Shown here: positions 60,301-64,000 of the stretch, in pieces
How the letters are laid out: every line of letters begins with the position of its first letter
How positions within the stretch are numbered: the first letter of the stretch is position 1
Source: Nitrospirota bacterium
GTDB taxonomy: Bacteria > Nitrospirota > Thermodesulfovibrionia > Thermodesulfovibrionales > Dissulfurispiraceae
Assembly: GCA_963790025.1 (NCBI GenBank)
Contig: CAWBMP010000004.1
Coordinates: 1,632,001 to 1,696,000, forward strand
DNA: 64,000 nt
Direction: 5' to 3'
Translations under genes and position numbers: made by a program
The notes under the pieces: generated by a model
Databases searched by the model: none
The model's input: the letters and a program-made list of their open reading frames with translations, nothing else
Told to the model about the DNA's origin: nothing

Positions 60301-60717
60301 AACAGATAACGGAGCAAAAGCTTCAAGGTCCTTTTCTGATAACGCAGATTTAGTCATATTTTTGTCAGCCTTTTTTAGTCCGTGTATTTGACCTCAATTA
60401 TATAGATTATGCAGAGGAACTAAAAGACAGTCTCTTTGCCCGCGATACAATAAGAAGTCATAAAGATAACTCATAAATCCATAAGTATTTCTTAGTTGTT
60501 ATTGAAAGCGGTTTATATATAGAATTCGGGAATCTCACTATAGAATCAAATAGCGTCAACTACAGCTCAGCATGGCGACGAAAGTCCAATCTAAACTTCC
60601 TATGCGGAGGCGGAGCTAATGACAATATATTCAACACATTTTTTCAGTATAACCCCCACAAACCTGATAAGGAGGCGTATTGGCAACGATATTCAAAATG
60701 CCAGTATGATATAAGCT

Positions 60718-61392
60718 ATGTTTATCGATAAATCGATGACGCGAAAAGTTATTGCGATTCGACCGGAGTCCAGCTTACTTGAAGCAAGGGAAATAATGGA
60801 CAGGAACCATATCAGGCATCTGCCCGTGGTTGATGAAGATAATACTGTTATAGGGGTTATTACCGACCGTGATATACGAAGCGCCCTGCCGTCTGCGTTT
60901 TCGACTTGCCAGAGTGATCCAAAGGAAACGGAACGAATCTCCAAACTTAAGGTCGGAGAGGTCATGACCAAAAATCCAATTACCATTTCCCCGTTGAACA
61001 CTCTGGAGGATGCTCTTCTGATGATGCATAAGACGAATAAGGGTGCGCTGCCTGTTGTTGACGAGGCGGGGAAATTGAAGGGGATTATCTCGACCCGCGA
61101 TCTGATTCGCGCCTTCATTAATGTGCTGGGGATTGAAGAGCCCGGAACTCTCCTATGTCTTGTTGTTGAAGAAAGACTTGGGCAAATGAAGAGAATTGTT
61201 GATGCTATTACCGAAGAGGGGATACCCTTCGGCAGCATTCTTGTTGCAAGGCACTGGGAAAAGGGAAAGAGGGCTGTTTTCCCATACCTGTTGACCAACA
61301 ACGTTGCCAAGGTGAAAAGAAAACTGGAGAATATGGGATTCACATTGCTCAACCCCATGGAATGGTCTCTTGACAGGTTGCCAAAGGAATGA
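60718..61392 (+). CDS. CBS-pair plus ACT-like protein (AcuB family)
   Basis: IRHLPVVD..GVITDRDIR, GALPVVD..GIISTRDLIRAF, C-terminal EERLGQM ACT-like domain. Confidence 0.85.
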   Translation: MFIDKSMTRKVIAIRPESSLLEAREIMDRNHIRHLPVVDEDNTVIGVITDRDIRSALPSAFSTCQSDPKETERISKLKVGEVMTKNPITISPLNTLEDALLMMHKTNKGALPVVDEAGKLKGIISTRDLIRAFINVLGIEEPGTLLCLVVEERLGQMKRIVDAITEEGIPFGSILVARHWEKGKRAVFPYLLTNNVAKVKRKLENMGFTLLNPMEWSLDRLPKE

Positions 61393-61424
61393 GAGACAAA
61401 AAGGAATTACGAGGAGGAACAGGA

Positions 61425-63398
61425 ATGTCTAATGAGAGCATTGAAGTGTTACTCGCTGAAAAAAGGGCGTTTCCGCCGTCACCTGAATTCAGCAATAATG
61501 CTCATTTGAAAAGCATAGAGGAATATGAGAGGATATATCAGAAATCGGTGGACGACCCTGAAGGGTTCTGGGGTGAAATGGCCCAAAAGCAGCTTATCTG
61601 GTTCAAAAAATGGGACAAGGTGCTTGACTGGAATTTCGAAAAGCCCGAAATAAAATGGTTTAGCGGCGGCAAATTAAATGCGTCGTACAATTGCCTTGAC
61701 CGGTTTGTAAATACCCCGGTGCGTAACAGGGCTGCGCTGATATGGGAATCGGACGACGGCGGAAACTATAAAACCTATACCTATCAGCAACTCTATTATG
61801 AAGTAAACAAGTTTGCTAATGTCCTCAAGAAACATGGAATGAATAAGGGAGACAGGGTTACGATTTACCTGCCCATGGTCCCCGAGCTCGTCATTTCGAT
61901 GCTTGCCTGTGCAAGGATTGGGGTAATTCATAATGTTGTACTTAGCGGGTTCAGCGCCCACTCGCTCCGGGACAGGATACAGGATAGCAAAGCCCGGCTC
62001 CTGATAACTTCAGACAGGGGTGTCAGGGGAGGCCGCCATTTACCCCTTAAGGCAAACTGTGATATTGCCCTCCTGGAATGCCCTACCATAGAAAAAGTTA
62101 TAGTGGTAAAACGCACAGACGACGTCGACATGGAGCCCGGAAGAGATTTATGGTGGCACAATGAGATGAACGCTGCCGATCTCGCGTATTATTGCGAGCC
62201 TGAAGAGATGGAAGCCGAGGACCCACTGTTCATCCTGTATACTTCCGGCTCAACGGGAAAACCTAAAGGCGTGCTCCACACAACAGGCGGCTATATGTTG
62301 TATACCAACCTGACGTTTAAATGGGTATTCGATTATCATGAGGGTGATGTGTTTTTTTGCTGCGGTGATATAGGATGGGTTACAGGACACAGCTACGCTG
62401 TGTACGGACCGTTGAGCAATGGCGCGACGGCCCTTATGTTCGAAGGTATTCCTACATACCCTAATCCCGGCAGGTTCTGGGACATCTGCGACAAGCACAG
62501 GGTAAACATCTTTTACACCGCGCCCACGGCAATAAAGACGCTTATGCGGCAGGGCGAAAGCTGGGTCACAAAGCACGACTTGTCTTCATTGAGAGTGCTG
62601 GGAAGCGTCGGGGAACCAATCAATCCTGAAGTGTGGATGTGGTATCACACTTATGTCGGGAAGGGCAAACTTCCGATTGTCGACACCTGGTGGCAGACCG
62701 AAACCGGCGGTATTCTTATAACCCCGTTACCGGGTGCGATGACCCTGAAGCCCGGTTCTGTCAACAAGCCGTTCCCCGGGGTCGTACCGGCTATACTGAA
62801 AGAGGACGGTTCTCCTGCAGGGCCTAATGAAGGGGGCTATCTTGTCATCCTGAAACCATGGCCCGGCATGTTGAGGGGCACTTATGGAGACCCGGAAAAC
62901 AAACGGATCAAAGAAATCTATTTCTCAAGGTTCCCCGGCAAGTATTTCACCGGTGATGGAGCACGCTGTGATAATGAAGGCGATTACTGGCTTATGGGAA
63001 GAATTGATGATGTCATTAATATTTCGGGGCACAGGCTCGGTACGGCTGAAGTAGAATCGGCCCTGCTTAGCCACGAAGCAGTTGCAGAAGCTGCTGTAGT
63101 CGGATTCCCCCACGAGATAAAAGGTGAGGGGATATATGTGTATGTTACGTTGAAAGAAGGATACCAGCCGTCCGAGGAGCTTAAGAAAATGCTTATCGGG
63201 CATGTGCGGTCGGCCATCGGTCCAATAGCAAGCCCTGACAAAGTGCAGTTTGCTACCGGCCTGCCCAAGACCAGGAGCGGCAAGATCATGAGGAGAATTC
63301 TAAGGAAGATTGCGGTAGGCGATGTGACAAACCTCGGCGATACTTCGACGCTTTCCGATCCTTCGGCGGTAGGTAATCTGATTAGAGGAAGGCTTTAG
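61425..63398 (+). CDS. acs: Acetyl-CoA synthetase (AMP-forming), paralogue 2
   Basis: GAGGAG RBS before ATG 61425; YTSGSTGKPKG, VGEPINPE, DTWWQTETGG, PKTRSGKIMRR. Confidence 0.95.
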   Translation: MSNESIEVLLAEKRAFPPSPEFSNNAHLKSIEEYERIYQKSVDDPEGFWGEMAQKQLIWFKKWDKVLDWNFEKPEIKWFSGGKLNASYNCLDRFVNTPVRNRAALIWESDDGGNYKTYTYQQLYYEVNKFANVLKKHGMNKGDRVTIYLPMVPELVISMLACARIGVIHNVVLSGFSAHSLRDRIQDSKARLLITSDRGVRGGRHLPLKANCDIALLECPTIEKVIVVKRTDDVDMEPGRDLWWHNEMNAADLAYYCEPEEMEAEDPLFILYTSGSTGKPKGVLHTTGGYMLYTNLTFKWVFDYHEGDVFFCCGDIGWVTGHSYAVYGPLSNGATALMFEGIPTYPNPGRFWDICDKHRVNIFYTAPTAIKTLMRQGESWVTKHDLSSLRVLGSVGEPINPEVWMWYHTYVGKGKLPIVDTWWQTETGGILITPLPGAMTLKPGSVNKPFPGVVPAILKEDGSPAGPNEGGYLVILKPWPGMLRGTYGDPENKRIKEIYFSRFPGKYFTGDGARCDNEGDYWLMGRIDDVINISGHRLGTAEVESALLSHEAVAEAAVVGFPHEIKGEGIYVYVTLKEGYQPSEELKKMLIGHVRSAIGPIASPDKVQFATGLPKTRSGKIMRRILRKIAVGDVTNLGDTSTLSDPSAVGNLIRGRL

Positions 63399-63483
63399 GG
63401 GCTGCCCAGCCCCTTTAACCCTCTTAACCCCAACAACTATCGTCAGCCATTCTGCTTATAACATCGCACTGCTCTGGCAATAA

Positions 63484-63527
63484 CATCTCTTTTTATTTGA
63501 CAGAGTTCAGGTAAGAGATGCTATAAT
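63484..63527 (+). promoter_or_regulatory. Promoter for the third acs, with an inverted repeat around the -35
   Basis: TTGACA (63497)-19 nt-TATAAT with TG extension; CATCTCTT (63484) / AAGAGATG (63513). Confidence 0.6.
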
Positions 63528-63671
63528 CGTAAAATTTACCCCAAAAAACCTTTATAACAGCGATAGTTATACTGTGATAAGCAAACGTTATAGGTATTGG
63601 GATATGAATATCGAGACAATAAGAATGCCCATTTTGGGATGTCATAAAACAGTCACGAGGAGGGAGCAGTA

Positions 63672-64000
63672 ATGTCTAAAGACAGCATCGAAGTAATGTC
63701 TACAGAAAACAGAACGTTTCCACCATCACCTGAATTCAGCAAAAAAGCTCATATCAAGAGCATCGAGGAGTATGAGAAGATCTATAAGAGATCGGTGGAC
63801 GACACCGAAGGGTTTTGGGGTGAAATGGCTGAAAAGCAGCTTACCTGGTACAAGAAATGGGATAAGGTGCTTGATTGGACTTTCGAGGGTAAGCCTGAAA
63901 TAAAGTGGTTCAGCGGCGGCAAATTGAATGTATCGTACAATTGCCTTGACAGGTTTGTTAACACCGCTACCAGGAACAAGGCAGCGCTCATATGGGAAGC
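63672..64000 (+). CDS. acs: Acetyl-CoA synthetase paralogue 3, N-terminal part (runs off the window; not in the ORF track)
   Basis: GAGGAGGGAG RBS, then MSKDSIEVMSTENRTFPPSPEFSKKAHIKS...KWFSGGKLNVSYNCLDRF, highly similar to paralogue 2. Confidence 0.92.
   Translation, partial: MSKDSIEVMSTENRTFPPSPEFSKKAHIKSIEEYEKIYKRSVDDTEGFWGEMAEKQLTWYKKWDKVLDWTFEGKPEIKWFSGGKLNVSYNCLDRFVNTATRNKAALIWE

Overview
This is a 64 kb gene-dense bacterial chromosomal segment. Gene content and style suggest an anaerobic Gram-negative organism, possibly Nitrospirota/Thermodesulfovibrionia or Desulfobacterota-like (inference only). Core genes include the ftsH 3' end, parAB, PBP1A, uvrC, adenosine kinase, ftsEX-envC-ctpA, split transketolase, dnaJ-hspR-clpB-hsp20 with a HAIR-like operator, rlmD-suhB, hemH-hemY, perR/fur-ahpC, nodIJ-like ABC genes, a standalone gyrA and tRNA-Asn(GTT). 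Less ordinary features: (1) a response-regulator receiver fused to LpxC; (2) a divergent module of DUF3373-like porin, TlpA, Cys-rich lipoprotein, ~10-heme cytochrome c, a small secreted protein ending in GCF, and ArsR; (3) three acetyl-CoA synthetase paralogues around an HDAC-family deacetylase and an AcuB-like CBS protein, with a candidate structured leader and uORF; (4) a 169-bp MITE with near-perfect terminal inverted repeats and an 8-bp target duplication, plus a collapsed 44-bp relative; (5) a dispersed family of two-armed, 6-7 nt periodic repeat elements at gene junctions that also appear in frame inside proteins; (6) two single-base frameshifts, in a sigma54 activator and an EAL domain; (7) many apparently leaderless genes. 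I found no CRISPR array, integrase or transposase.
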